From: a virus
Lineage: Duplodnaviria > Caudoviricetes
DNA: 36,144 nt
Direction: 5' to 3' (one strand)
IMG/VR virus record: IMGVR_UViG_3300015050_000775
Location: 1 to 36,144 of that record
The notes below the pieces were generated by a model, which was given only the letters and a program-made list of their open reading frames with translations, was not told where the DNA came from and searched no databases. The translations under genes were made by a program, and so were the position numbers. Positions 1 to 8,668 of the stretch are shown here, in pieces; within the stretch, counting starts at the first letter, position 1; each line of letters opens with the position of its first letter.

Positions 1-123
1 CAACAAACATGGCCCTCCAATTGTCCTTTAAATACTGTACATCCTTTCCCGGTTTTGCAATTCTATGCTCCTCAGTAACTCCCAACTCGTTTAACACTTC
101 GTTGTTAAAGCTAATCATTGAAA
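1..123. repeat. Terminal direct repeat, copy 1 (assembly overlap of a circular or circularly permuted genome)
   Basis: 1-123 (caacaaacatggccc...ctaatcattgaaa) is identical to 36022-36144. Confidence 0.97.
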
Positions 124-250
124 GCCTGAAGTAATATTTTTTCAACTCTCCGTGTCGGCCTTGGTCTAACATGTTTTGTACTGTTAAGTCCTTACAGTTT
201 CCAAACCCAATTGTTGACTTATGGGTTAATGTTCTCAATAATATTGTCAT
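1..250 (-). CDS. 5' part of a 125-aa hypothetical protein spanning the circular junction (continues to stop at 35894)
   Basis: Manual translation from ATG at 250 gives MTILLRTLTHKSTIGFGNCKDLTVQNMLDQGRHGELKKYYFRLS, in frame with MISFNNEVL... of ORF 35894..36139. Confidence 0.8.
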   Translation of the reverse strand, partial: MTILLRTLTHKSTIGFGNCKDLTVQNMLDQGRHGELKKYYFRLSMISFNNEVLNELGVTEEHRIAKPGKDVQYLKDNWRAMFV

Positions 251-776
251 ACCTTTTCTCCTTTAGTTTTTTGGTGATTATGTTTGATAGTTTACTGTGT
301 GAAATTCCAAATACTTCCGCAATTTTATTTAACGATTGGTCCGGGTTCCGTGTCCAAAAATTATACGCGTCCTCGTGTTTTGTTGTTGTATTATGCTCCC
401 GTATTTTTTGCTCGTACTGCAATACCTGTCCACTGTTTTCTATGTAGTCGCGAATAAATGGCCGTGGATCATCCCGCACGGCATCCGTTAGGTTTTCTTT
501 AAACTCCTTTTGTACATGCTCCCCTGTGTAGTCTACTGAGTCAGATACGGCGTTACCGTCCCAACGACGGCGCACAAACCGTATTAACTGGTACATGTGT
601 ATGTTTGACTGTATCCATACTTCCGGTCCGTCGTTTTGCCGCCCCAGTATGCACCAGTAAACTGTATAAAAATTATTATTGCTTGTGTTGTCTGCACTTT
701 CCAAATAAATTGGCAATCGCTTTGCCTGAGTGCTTGTTATTGCAATGTCGGTTCGTATCTTCGTTTCCTCGTTCAT
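219..776 (-). CDS. Hypothetical protein with probable C-terminal helix-turn-helix
   Basis: 185 aa; SLNKIAEVFGISHSKLSNII fits an HTH pattern; upstream promoter motif. Confidence 0.65.
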   Translation of the reverse strand: MNEETKIRTDIAITSTQAKRLPIYLESADNTSNNNFYTVYWCILGRQNDGPEVWIQSNIHMYQLIRFVRRRWDGNAVSDSVDYTGEHVQKEFKENLTDAVRDDPRPFIRDYIENSGQVLQYEQKIREHNTTTKHEDAYNFWTRNPDQSLNKIAEVFGISHSKLSNIITKKLKEKRYDNIIENINP

Positions 777-805
777 ATCTTTTAGTTTTATTTTTTTTCA
801 TTTTT

Positions 806-839
806 ACCGGTACGCCCTCGAATGCGTACCGGTTTTTTT
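806..839 (+). terminator. Perfect 10-bp hairpin with plus-strand T tract
   Basis: ACCGGTACGC-cctcgaat-GCGTACCGGT followed by TTTTTT. Confidence 0.55.
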
Positions 840-846
840 ATGCCTC

Positions 847-854
847 CAAATGTA
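847..854 (-). promoter_or_regulatory. Bacteroidota-type -7 promoter element
   Basis: TACATTTG (TAnnTTTG) on minus strand, intergenic, upstream of 219..776. Confidence 0.6.
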
Positions 855-859
855 AACAC

Positions 860-904
860 AAAAAAAGCGCAAAAACAAATGTCTCCCAAATGTTTTGCGC
901 TTTT
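860..904 (-). terminator. Rho-independent terminator after lysis cassette
   Basis: Minus strand AAAAGCGCAAAA...TTTTGCGCTTTTTTT just after the spanin stop. Confidence 0.75.
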
Positions 905-927
905 GCTTTTTAAATATTATTACTCCG

Positions 928-1479
928 TTACGGCCTTCTGCCCAGTATTAACACGGCACCCAATCCCACAATAAGGACCACTAAATAAGTCCAAAAATAT
1001 TTTTTTAATAAGTCCCAAAAACTTGGGTCCGGGCATTCAGGACACCCCGGGCAATCAATTTTAACCTCTGCCTCCTGGTCAAATTTCACCTGTATGTTTT
1101 GCGGTTTTACTTTCACCTTAAACGCCAACTCTCCGGTCGCATTTACTGAGTAATATACGTCCGCCACGCTGTCCGAATAAATTAAAACTCCCTTTCGCTC
1201 CTGGATCTTCTGCGGCTTCCCTGGTTCTCTTATCGTATCCCGTATAAAAACGGTATCCGTTGACAACGCGGCCAGGCTGTCGTATTTGTACTTCAGGCTG
1301 TCGCAGTTAAATTTTACGTCCACCACGGCCGGTTTGGATTGTACCGTTGTATCCACTGGCACAACCACTTTTGCAGTGATCTGAGACGGCCCCGGCCTTT
1401 GACTCCTGCATGACGCCAGTATAAACCCGCAACTCAAAATAAACATTGCGGCCTTTAGTTTGTTGGTTTGTTTTCCCAT
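928..1479 (-). CDS. Probable unimolecular spanin (u-spanin)
   Basis: N-terminal lipoprotein signal (ILAS-C), beta-rich middle, C-terminal TM (YFWTYLVVLIVGLGAVLILG-RRP); directly follows endolysin. Confidence 0.7.
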   Translation of the reverse strand: MGKQTNKLKAAMFILSCGFILASCRSQRPGPSQITAKVVVPVDTTVQSKPAVVDVKFNCDSLKYKYDSLAALSTDTVFIRDTIREPGKPQKIQERKGVLIYSDSVADVYYSVNATGELAFKVKVKPQNIQVKFDQEAEVKIDCPGCPECPDPSFWDLLKKYFWTYLVVLIVGLGAVLILGRRP

Positions 1480-1952
1480 TATTGAAAATATAATTTTGCT
1501 TCCGCAGCTCTCCGGTTTACCAATCCGTTGGTCACTTTCCCGTTTGATTTATTCCACTTCGCAAACTCTTTTGCAATTGCCGGGTCTGACGGATTGTTTA
1601 ATATGAGTTTTAACAGCGTACTGTCTCCCAAACCTTCCGGTATGTCGTCCTGGTCAATATCTGTCCCCACGTTGTACGCAAATGACAGCACAGCATTAAA
1701 CATGTTGCGAGTCAATACCACTGTTTTTGTCAAAAACGTAACGTCTCTCTCAAACAGTGATAGGTGCCAGTTAAAAATAACCTCCGCCTCTGCCTGTGTA
1801 ATTTCTTTGTCCTTCATTGTAACCCGTTTCCCATTGGGGTACATTGTGGAGCCGTACCCAATGGTCGGCACTCCTGCGGTACACAAATACGGTTTTGTAC
1901 TAAAACCTTCGTATTGCTTAATAAATAATCGTCCTCTATCGTCTGCCTTCAT
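1479..1952 (-). CDS. Endolysin, GH24 phage lysozyme
   Basis: EGFSTKPYLCTAGVPTIGYG (E-x8-C-x5-T), SFAYNVG, GLVNRRAAEAKLY. Confidence 0.95.
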   Translation of the reverse strand: MKADDRGRLFIKQYEGFSTKPYLCTAGVPTIGYGSTMYPNGKRVTMKDKEITQAEAEVIFNWHLSLFERDVTFLTKTVVLTRNMFNAVLSFAYNVGTDIDQDDIPEGLGDSTLLKLILNNPSDPAIAKEFAKWNKSNGKVTNGLVNRRAAEAKLYFQ

Positions 1953-2151
1953 ATTTGCTTTCCTCCTTTTCTTTTAACTCTGTCAACTTGCCCAAAATCG
2001 CAACCAGTGCCGCCAATCCCAACGGCATTAAGTGCGCAAAGTCTAACGCAAATGTTGTCCAGTCAACGGCTAACCAGGCTGTCGCAACCGCCAATATAAG
2101 TGCCGTATAAGTGGCTATCCTGCCCCTTGCTTTTTTTGTCGGTATTGTCAT
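1936..2151 (-). CDS. Putative holin (71 aa, 2 TM)
   Basis: Start re-called at MTIPTKK (ATGA overlap with upstream stop); two hydrophobic helices, charged C-terminus, adjacent to endolysin. Confidence 0.65.
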   Translation of the reverse strand: MTIPTKKARGRIATYTALILAVATAWLAVDWTTFALDFAHLMPLGLAALVAILGKLTELKEKEESKYEGRR

Positions 2152-2330
2152 TTTTTTGTATGTTTTCTCATTGATAAAGCGGAGGCAATTATTGCCAATA
2201 ATATTGACAGCATTTGCATTGCAGGGATGTACGGTATAGCTGCCGCGTACATTTCCTTTACTGCTGAAACGACCGGCAAAAACAAACTGCATGTCGTGAA
2301 TATCCACGCAAATAAAATTGTTGTTTTCAT
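2148..2330 (-). CDS. Small membrane protein (holin/antiholin candidate, 60 aa)
   Basis: MKTTILFAW...; two hydrophobic segments, basic tail; ATGA-coupled on both sides. Confidence 0.55.
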   Translation of the reverse strand: MKTTILFAWIFTTCSLFLPVVSAVKEMYAAAIPYIPAMQMLSILLAIIASALSMRKHTKK

Positions 2331-2494
2331 TGTGCTATTTCCTCCCAACTTTCAATTTTTAAAATCTCGTCCCGGTTGTTACATTTCCACTCTGTAAAAT
2401 TGTCAAAGCCTATAAACTCCGGGCACTCGTAAGCGTACCCAATAACATAGCCTATTGCTATTATTACCCCTATTTCGTTTAATTCAATTCTCAT
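2327..2494 (-). CDS. 55-aa hypothetical protein, not in ORF track
   Basis: Manual translation MRIELNEIGVIIAIGYVIGYAYECPEFIGFDNFTEWKCNNRDEILKIESWEEIAQ; ATGA overlaps at both ends fill the gap exactly. Confidence 0.75.
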   Translation of the reverse strand: MRIELNEIGVIIAIGYVIGYAYECPEFIGFDNFTEWKCNNRDEILKIESWEEIAQ

Positions 2495-3585
2495 ATTTCA
2501 ATTCTGTTTTTAGCCATGTAGCAACCAGGGTGCGGCCCGTAACTTATTGGCAAATTAACATATCCAATATATGACCGGTTGGATACGTTTATAGCGTGTA
2601 ATGTCGAAAAAGAACCGTTGCCCGCCGCAACCGCTACGTCGTCCGATACTACAATATGATTTGTACCCGTTTCTCCTGGTGCAACAAACCCCTTTGCTAA
2701 ATTTCCCAAATTTAAAAGCGTGTCACGGCTTATAAACGAAAACGAATTTGTTGTATTTGATCCTGTTACTAAAACCCTTTGGCTCTCTGAGAAACCAGGC
2801 GCACAAAGTCCCGCATTTACACCCCCAATTGCGGCCACCTGTTTAAAGTCTTTATCCATAATACGAACAGCCCCGCCGGATAGATTGTATAAATATTTGT
2901 CGCAACTCCATGCCATACCGTTGGCCGTTGAAAATGGATCGCTTGAAACGCATTGATACATTGACGTTTTTATTACTTGCGCAACATTCACCGCTACCGT
3001 CCCCGTGCCGTTCGTTGGCGTTACAATAAATGAATTTATTTGCTTGCAATACTTGTTAAATCCCGGATTAGTTACGCCTAAAAGTCCGCCAACTCCTCCA
3101 CTCGTAAACATAGAACCGCCGCGCCCGCTTAATCCGTCTTCAGCTAAACGTAACATTGATCCCAACGCCGCCGAACCTGACCGCCTATAAATTATATTAT
3201 GCACATTGTCGTAAGCCACTTGCCCAATAAATGCGTTTTGGTCAAGTAATAAAGCAGTTGCAATTATTGTGTTAAATGTTGGGCTTTCCGGGTTTGCGTC
3301 TATTATTTGCACTGACGACGTACCGGTAAATACCCAAATTGTGTTTGACCTGTCAATAAAAACAACCCCTCCATATCCCAACGCTATTGGGATTGACGCC
3401 ACAACCGGGTTGACCGTCCACACTCCCGCCCCTACGTAATTTGCCGCCGTTAATAATGACTTGTCAACACAGCAAACATTTGCGCCGGTATCTGTTATGT
3501 AAAAGTGCGAACCTATGCCTTTTATCCCGTTGTTTAGGCTTCCGCGTGTCGTTATCTTCTTTTTAAATGGTAGTCCCGGATTCAT
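2491..3585 (-). CDS. Probable beta-propeller virion protein / receptor-binding candidate
   Basis: 364 aa, Gly/Ser/Asn-rich beta strands with YVTN-like blades (SSVQIIDA, NSFSFIS, TLHAINV); last large structural gene. Confidence 0.55.
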   Translation of the reverse strand: MNPGLPFKKKITTRGSLNNGIKGIGSHFYITDTGANVCCVDKSLLTAANYVGAGVWTVNPVVASIPIALGYGGVVFIDRSNTIWVFTGTSSVQIIDANPESPTFNTIIATALLLDQNAFIGQVAYDNVHNIIYRRSGSAALGSMLRLAEDGLSGRGGSMFTSGGVGGLLGVTNPGFNKYCKQINSFIVTPTNGTGTVAVNVAQVIKTSMYQCVSSDPFSTANGMAWSCDKYLYNLSGGAVRIMDKDFKQVAAIGGVNAGLCAPGFSESQRVLVTGSNTTNSFSFISRDTLLNLGNLAKGFVAPGETGTNHIVVSDDVAVAAGNGSFSTLHAINVSNRSYIGYVNLPISYGPHPGCYMAKNRIEI

Positions 3586-3586
3586 T

Positions 3587-4012
3587 TTAAAAGTCTTTTT
3601 GATGTACTAAAAATGTCATATTCCCCGTTGGTATGGTTGCGTTTAATTTTGCTCTCAACTTCCACCCTGCCGGCAACGGTATGTAATAATTTTGGTCTCT
3701 ATCAAATACCCTCCCAACAATAAAACTAATATCTACATTTATTAACGCCAACGGGTCCGGGTTTGCTGCCGAATTTCCGTAATTATTTATGATTGAAGGT
3801 ATTTTAATTGGCACGTCAACAACTCCGTTGCTCATGTAAATTGTCATGGCTGATGCTCCCGTATTTTCCGACGTTATATTTAATAAATAAACATAACTCC
3901 CGTTTGCCCCTGCCGTTGCAATATCCTTTATGGTTGTTGTGTCTGCGGGCTGAAAAACGGTACGTGTGTAAACGTCGTCCTTTAAAAAATACCCTGTTGT
4001 GTTCTTAGTCAT
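3587..4012 (-). CDS. Putative virion structural protein
   Basis: 141 aa, all-beta composition, in structural operon. Confidence 0.5.
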   Translation of the reverse strand: MTKNTTGYFLKDDVYTRTVFQPADTTTIKDIATAGANGSYVYLLNITSENTGASAMTIYMSNGVVDVPIKIPSIINNYGNSAANPDPLALINVDISFIVGRVFDRDQNYYIPLPAGWKLRAKLNATIPTGNMTFLVHQKDF

Positions 4013-4013
4013 A

Positions 4014-4928
4014 TTATTGGCAATTAGCTAATTTAAAAAAATAATCATAGTCAAAATTTATCTGTGCCCCTGCAACCGTTTCCGGGATCATTACCGCCCC
4101 GTCCTTCCCTCTTAATAATACGTCAACCGTTTGGCCGCTTTTAGGTGTTAAAAACGCTTCTCCGTTTAGCTTAACAATAGAGTTTGGGGCCGTAACGTCT
4201 CCGTTGCTTGCCGCCTTTATTGGTATTTGCGACAACTCGCCCCCGTCTGTGTCTTTCAATACCGCTATTGAGTCCGCAACCGGATACTCCCCCGGCCCGC
4301 TCTTCTCTGCAATAACTGTATTGTCTGACCTTTTTACGATAACCCGGGTACCTATTGTAATAGTTGACTGTAAAGGCTCGTTTACCGCACTAATAACAAC
4401 AACCGGTACGTCGTCCTGGTTCACTAACTCAATATTTTTACCGGCTCCGCTATTTATGTTTGTTAAAAATTCGGATTGAAAGGTAACCGTTGCGGGTGCG
4501 CATATAAGAGTAACCGGCTCACAACCTATGGCAGACGAAAAAACAACGCGTATTGCAACGCCGGTTGCAACTGCCATCATTTTTAAATACATGCTCTCCT
4601 TTGAGAATGTTTGCACCTCTATTTTTTGCGCACGTAATGTTGCCTCAAATGAGTTTGCCAGGTCGTCCATGCTAAAAATAAGTCCGGCCCTTTGGTCTTT
4701 GTTTTTGTCGTGCCCGTCCTGACTCCAAAACCCAATTAAACACTCTGTATAAACTATGTTGTCATTGTTTCCCCGCTTGTTTTGTTTAAGTGGGTATAAA
4801 TGGATCTGCGGCCATGGCTTCCCATAGTCAATAGTTGCGTCGTACTCTCTCCCAAACAGGTAATGCCCGTCAGGATTAACAGTATTGGCAACCAGTTTTA
4901 TAAGTGCTTCCGCCTGTTCAAGTTTCAT
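4014..4928 (-). CDS. Putative neck/tail-terminator protein with C-terminal beta-repeat extension
   Basis: N-terminal ~135 aa has tail-terminator-like size and pattern; follows adaptor gene; C-terminal repeats. Confidence 0.45.
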   Translation of the reverse strand: MKLEQAEALIKLVANTVNPDGHYLFGREYDATIDYGKPWPQIHLYPLKQNKRGNNDNIVYTECLIGFWSQDGHDKNKDQRAGLIFSMDDLANSFEATLRAQKIEVQTFSKESMYLKMMAVATGVAIRVVFSSAIGCEPVTLICAPATVTFQSEFLTNINSGAGKNIELVNQDDVPVVVISAVNEPLQSTITIGTRVIVKRSDNTVIAEKSGPGEYPVADSIAVLKDTDGGELSQIPIKAASNGDVTAPNSIVKLNGEAFLTPKSGQTVDVLLRGKDGAVMIPETVAGAQINFDYDYFFKLANCQ

Positions 4929-5551
4929 ATTGCAAATATTTGCAGCCCGTCATTTGCAGGCTTTACGTTTTCATTTGTTGCGTATTTTACACCGTCGTAT
5001 GTGTATTCCTTTGCGGTCAAATCATTCATTAATTTGATCTGTTTTATTGATATGGTGTTACGCGTGTCCTGAAGTAAAGGGGCTTTGCCTTCTGCCGTCA
5101 CTTCGTTACTCGTATTGTCAAAATGTACACGCAATCCGCCTTGTGCAATGTGTGAACCATGCCACAATAAAAAAGACTTGTAAGCGTGATAAACCAAATA
5201 TGGTTTTGCAAACTCTGCCCAAAAGTTTACCAACTCATACACTGCCCAGTTTGTATTTGCATCCGGTGCGGCCTCTCCCTGAATTACTGCGGCAACCGCT
5301 TTGTAATACACCTCATTGTACAAAACAACGCTCCCGGAGGTATACACCTGGTCAACCCATGCGTTACCCTGCGCCCCGGTCAATATCAACGCAACAGCAT
5401 TTGCCATTGCGTCGTAAAGTGTCTTACTTATGGTGTCCCTAAAATTTAACTCGCAACATTGAACAATAAACGGGTTTATCCATTCGTCATTTATGTTGTC
5501 TGTCCAACGTGGGACAATAGCCATGTCCGATTTTTCAAATACCAGTTTCAT
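4925..5551 (-). CDS. Putative head-tail adaptor with CBM5/12-like insert
   Basis: Helical protein near portal (INPFIVQC...ISKTLYDAM; AKPYLVYHAY); W..Y.G..V.Y....Y.A..P....W insert. Confidence 0.55.
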   Translation of the reverse strand: MKLVFEKSDMAIVPRWTDNINDEWINPFIVQCCELNFRDTISKTLYDAMANAVALILTGAQGNAWVDQVYTSGSVVLYNEVYYKAVAAVIQGEAAPDANTNWAVYELVNFWAEFAKPYLVYHAYKSFLLWHGSHIAQGGLRVHFDNTSNEVTAEGKAPLLQDTRNTISIKQIKLMNDLTAKEYTYDGVKYATNENVKPANDGLQIFAI

Positions 5552-5552
5552 T

Positions 5553-6281
5553 TTATACCACTGTTACGGTTGCGGTTTGCACTTCTATTGATCCGGCCGC
5601 ATTTGTTGCTGTTACTTTGCAGTAAACTGAACCTGCAACCGCAACCCATGTTGCTGTTGTTGCAACCTGCACCGCGTTATTATACCATTTATAGGTATAC
5701 GTTGGGTTGTTTGTAAACGTTTTGGTAACAGAAAGCGTTTGACCTGCTGTTAGTGTCCCCGCAATTACTGCGGTGCCTTCAGGTACGAAGGATCCGCACT
5801 TTACGTATGCAGAGTCATTGGCCTGGCCGGTGCTTGTATCAAAATGTAAGTCACAACTAACGTATTTGTTTTCATCTGCTGCGGTTAATACATACGTTGA
5901 GGCTGTTTGCCCGTCTATTACCTGCCCGTTTCTCTTCCACTGGTAAATTGTTTCTGTTGGTGTTTCTGATAAGTCGCCTGGATCAACGGTTAATGTCGCA
6001 CCCATTTGCACCAATCCGGTTATTGCTGCGTGTGTAATAACTCTCAACGCATTTGATCCAACATTACACAAACAGTAAACGGTACCAACGCCAGTAAATG
6101 CCAACTCGTTTAAGTTGGTGACACCTGGCAGCTCCTTTGTTGCCCCTGCTGCTAAGTTTAAAGGACTACCCCCGTTTATTGCGTAAGTAATAACGGTTGC
6201 GTTTGGGTTCTGAATAGTAACCCCGAATGTACCAAAGCTATCTATTGCAACGCCTATGGTTAAACTTTTTGTAATTTGCAT
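5553..6281 (-). CDS. Ig-like domain virion decoration protein
   Basis: Two Ig-like repeats: G.TLTV...YQWKRNG.VI.GQTASTYVLTAADE.K.VSC and GQTLSV...YKWYNN...VYCKVTATNAAGS. Confidence 0.8.
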   Translation of the reverse strand: MQITKSLTIGVAIDSFGTFGVTIQNPNATVITYAINGGSPLNLAAGATKELPGVTNLNELAFTGVGTVYCLCNVGSNALRVITHAAITGLVQMGATLTVDPGDLSETPTETIYQWKRNGQVIDGQTASTYVLTAADENKYVSCDLHFDTSTGQANDSAYVKCGSFVPEGTAVIAGTLTAGQTLSVTKTFTNNPTYTYKWYNNAVQVATTATWVAVAGSVYCKVTATNAAGSIEVQTATVTVV

Positions 6282-6289
6282 TGTAATTG

Positions 6290-7642
6290 TTATTGTGGCA
6301 CCGCTTCCGGGTCCGGGTTTTCAATTTGTTCCGTTTCTTTTGGTTTTAATCCTATCAATGCGCGCTTCTCTTCCTCTGTTAATGACCTTAACAACTCATT
6401 TGCAAACACTGGATCTAACGTACTAAGTATATTTAATAGTCTTTTGCGCTTAACCGTCTCCTCTTCCTCCTCCACTGGACCATAACCGCCCAACGCTCTT
6501 ATCTCTGTGTCCGTCAATTTCTCTAACACAATATCCGGTATGTCATTTACTAACTGTAACTCCCCAATCGTAAAGTCTAATTTTGGGTAAATTGACGTCA
6601 TGCATTCCGTTATTAACTCTTTGTCCTTTACAACTGAATGCTGCAATGAAACCATGGCATTTTTAAACGACTGACTGTTACCCAAAATTGCGCTGTCTTC
6701 GTAACCTGCTAAAATTGGAGGTATACCAAACAATCTGCAAACCTTGCGTCCTATCCGGTCAGTAATTTTTTCCAACCCGTCCAACAATGCGCCCATGTCT
6801 AACTGTTGCAAATTTGGGATCTCTTCTTTTGTTGCGGCTGTTAACCACATTAACGCTGCCCTTTTGCCTTCCACTCCTCTAAAACTGCCTAATACCTTGG
6901 CAAATTTCCCGGCGGCGGTCAGTCCTGTTTTGGCGTCAACAATAGTGTCGTCCATTTTACCGATTGTGGTTAAAATTGCGGACGGCACAAACCCGTTTAA
7001 TAAACATTCCAACTCAAATGCAGATAACTGCCCGTCGGTTTTTATATCTTCAATTCCTGAGTAGGCCGGAGGTATTGCGTAATACTCCTCTCCTACTCCT
7101 TCGTTAAAGTGATACGCAAACGTGCCCTTTTGCCGGCCATTATTTGCGCGCATTTCCTTTTTTAATAATACCGCCCGGTCCTTTGGTTCCAATCCTGGTA
7201 TCCATGGATCATAATACACGTTGTAATTTACGTTGTACTGCGCTGTGTTTTTAGTATGGTTGTATAAAAACCGGCCGTCTGTGGTTCTCTCCACTTTGTC
7301 AACCGGTATATTGTAAGTCCTCCAAACGGTCCCGTCCGGGTTCAATATAACCCTTACGCATACCGCCTTTAACATAGCAACGTTTTGTGCCATGCTTGCG
7401 AGTAACTTGTTAAAAGTCTGTGTTTGGTTGGCTTGCATTTTCGCAACCTTTTCGTCAGTGAAACCGTTGGCCTGAATAAATGACGACCTCATTGTAACGC
7501 AATTCCTGGCGGTACCTGAGTCCATTATTGCTAAAACCAATTCGCCCGCCCACTTATTTTCATAAGTGCGCAGGCTCTTGTTTTCTTTTATGACTGCAAC
7601 TTTACTGACGATATACGCCGCTATGTCTTCAAACAGTTTCAA
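6290..7642 (-). CDS. Portal protein
   Basis: 450 aa; YYAIPPAY, NGFVPSAIL, VCRLFGIPPILAG are typical portal motifs. Confidence 0.85.
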   Translation of the reverse strand: MKLFEDIAAYIVSKVAVIKENKSLRTYENKWAGELVLAIMDSGTARNCVTMRSSFIQANGFTDEKVAKMQANQTQTFNKLLASMAQNVAMLKAVCVRVILNPDGTVWRTYNIPVDKVERTTDGRFLYNHTKNTAQYNVNYNVYYDPWIPGLEPKDRAVLLKKEMRANNGRQKGTFAYHFNEGVGEEYYAIPPAYSGIEDIKTDGQLSAFELECLLNGFVPSAILTTIGKMDDTIVDAKTGLTAAGKFAKVLGSFRGVEGKRAALMWLTAATKEEIPNLQQLDMGALLDGLEKITDRIGRKVCRLFGIPPILAGYEDSAILGNSQSFKNAMVSLQHSVVKDKELITECMTSIYPKLDFTIGELQLVNDIPDIVLEKLTDTEIRALGGYGPVEEEEETVKRKRLLNILSTLDPVFANELLRSLTEEEKRALIGLKPKETEQIENPDPEAVPQ

Positions 7643-7985
7643 AATATTCCGCTATTGCTTCAGGTGTTAAATTTTCCTCTATCTCTTCCGGTGTTAATTC
7701 AGAAAGCATTAAACAGGCTGCCCCGTTTACGTGTTTTCCTCCCTCAAACTCCGGCCTTAACTTGTACTGTTTTGCGCCGGTCTTTGGTTCGGCTTTCGTT
7801 TCTTTTTTCGGTTCTACTTTCTTTGCCATTTCCTGAGAGTTTAAATGTTTACTTATTTTTTGGTGTGCCTCAATGAGTTTACCGCGACAATGCCCGCATA
7901 CTTCCTCCCCAAATAATTCCAGGCTCTTCGCTTGTATCCATTCGGCGGACGTTTGGTTAAATGGTTTTAACTCCTCGCTATACAT
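7629..7985 (-). CDS. Hypothetical protein with CxxC
   Basis: 118 aa, VCGHC; coupled in structural operon. Confidence 0.6.
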   Translation of the reverse strand: MYSEELKPFNQTSAEWIQAKSLELFGEEVCGHCRGKLIEAHQKISKHLNSQEMAKKVEPKKETKAEPKTGAKQYKLRPEFEGGKHVNGAACLMLSELTPEEIEENLTPEAIAEYFETV

Positions 7986-8661
7986 TGCTAACCGGCAAAA
8001 GGTTTAATATGTCAACTACTTCCGGTATCTCTGTCACAAACGAATACGTTGGTACTCTTTTGCTGTATACTCCCTCCATAATAAATGGCAGTTTCTCCAT
8101 GCCTTCGGCATTGAGCTGCAAAACATATCCAACCTCTCCCTGTAACTCTGCAATGTCTCCGCCTGCGCCTGACACTGTTTTTAAACCCAGTCTGTCAGTT
8201 AGTAAATTGTTTACGTCGTAATTGAAACCGTAAACAACAAAGTCCCCGGCTTCTGTTAGCATTACGCAAAATAAATCGTCACTGAGTAAAAGGTTTTGCA
8301 GGTTCTTAATACTGTCCTGAGTGTAGTTAAATAGAACCAGGTTGACAATGTGATTAAACACGTTTACGTTTGGACCTGGCACGGCTTCAAATGATCCGTT
8401 ATTTTTTAACTGTACCCCCTCAAAATATGCAATCTCACTTAACCCAATTGCTTCGTCTGTTATGAGCAAATACCATGCGTTATGATCTAATGCGCCCTCC
8501 GCGTTTCCATACTCAAAGTATGCCGGATTATTGCCGTCCGCAGCGTCTCTAAAATTCGCCTTTTTACCAATCCAAACGCGGGCCGTAACGCCGCCCACTT
8601 TACGGACGGCGGCACAGTCCGCTGTTAAATTGGTTAAGGTTAAACATGAAGGATAACCCAT
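7978..8661 (-). CDS. Putative tail tube protein, paralog 2
   Basis: Clearly similar to 8669..9256 (LTNLTADC.AV.KVGGV...VWIG.K; FEG.Q.KN; TEAG....YG). Confidence 0.65.
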   Translation of the reverse strand: MGYPSCLTLTNLTADCAAVRKVGGVTARVWIGKKANFRDAADGNNPAYFEYGNAEGALDHNAWYLLITDEAIGLSEIAYFEGVQLKNNGSFEAVPGPNVNVFNHIVNLVLFNYTQDSIKNLQNLLLSDDLFCVMLTEAGDFVVYGFNYDVNNLLTDRLGLKTVSGAGGDIAELQGEVGYVLQLNAEGMEKLPFIMEGVYSKRVPTYSFVTEIPEVVDILNLLPVSNV

Positions 8662-8668
8662 ATTTTTG

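Noticed and set aside
1-123. Terminal repeat as a biological direct terminal repeat
   Set aside because: It is exact, falls mid-gene and has assembly-overlap size; the SPP1/PBSX-like terminase suggests circular permutation. Read-end data would be needed.
2152-2307. N-terminal extension of the holin as called in the track
   Set aside because: Overlaps the 2148..2330 gene; the ATG at 2151 gives clean ATGA coupling
2491-3585. Diversity-generating retroelement target
   Set aside because: No reverse transcriptase or template repeat seen
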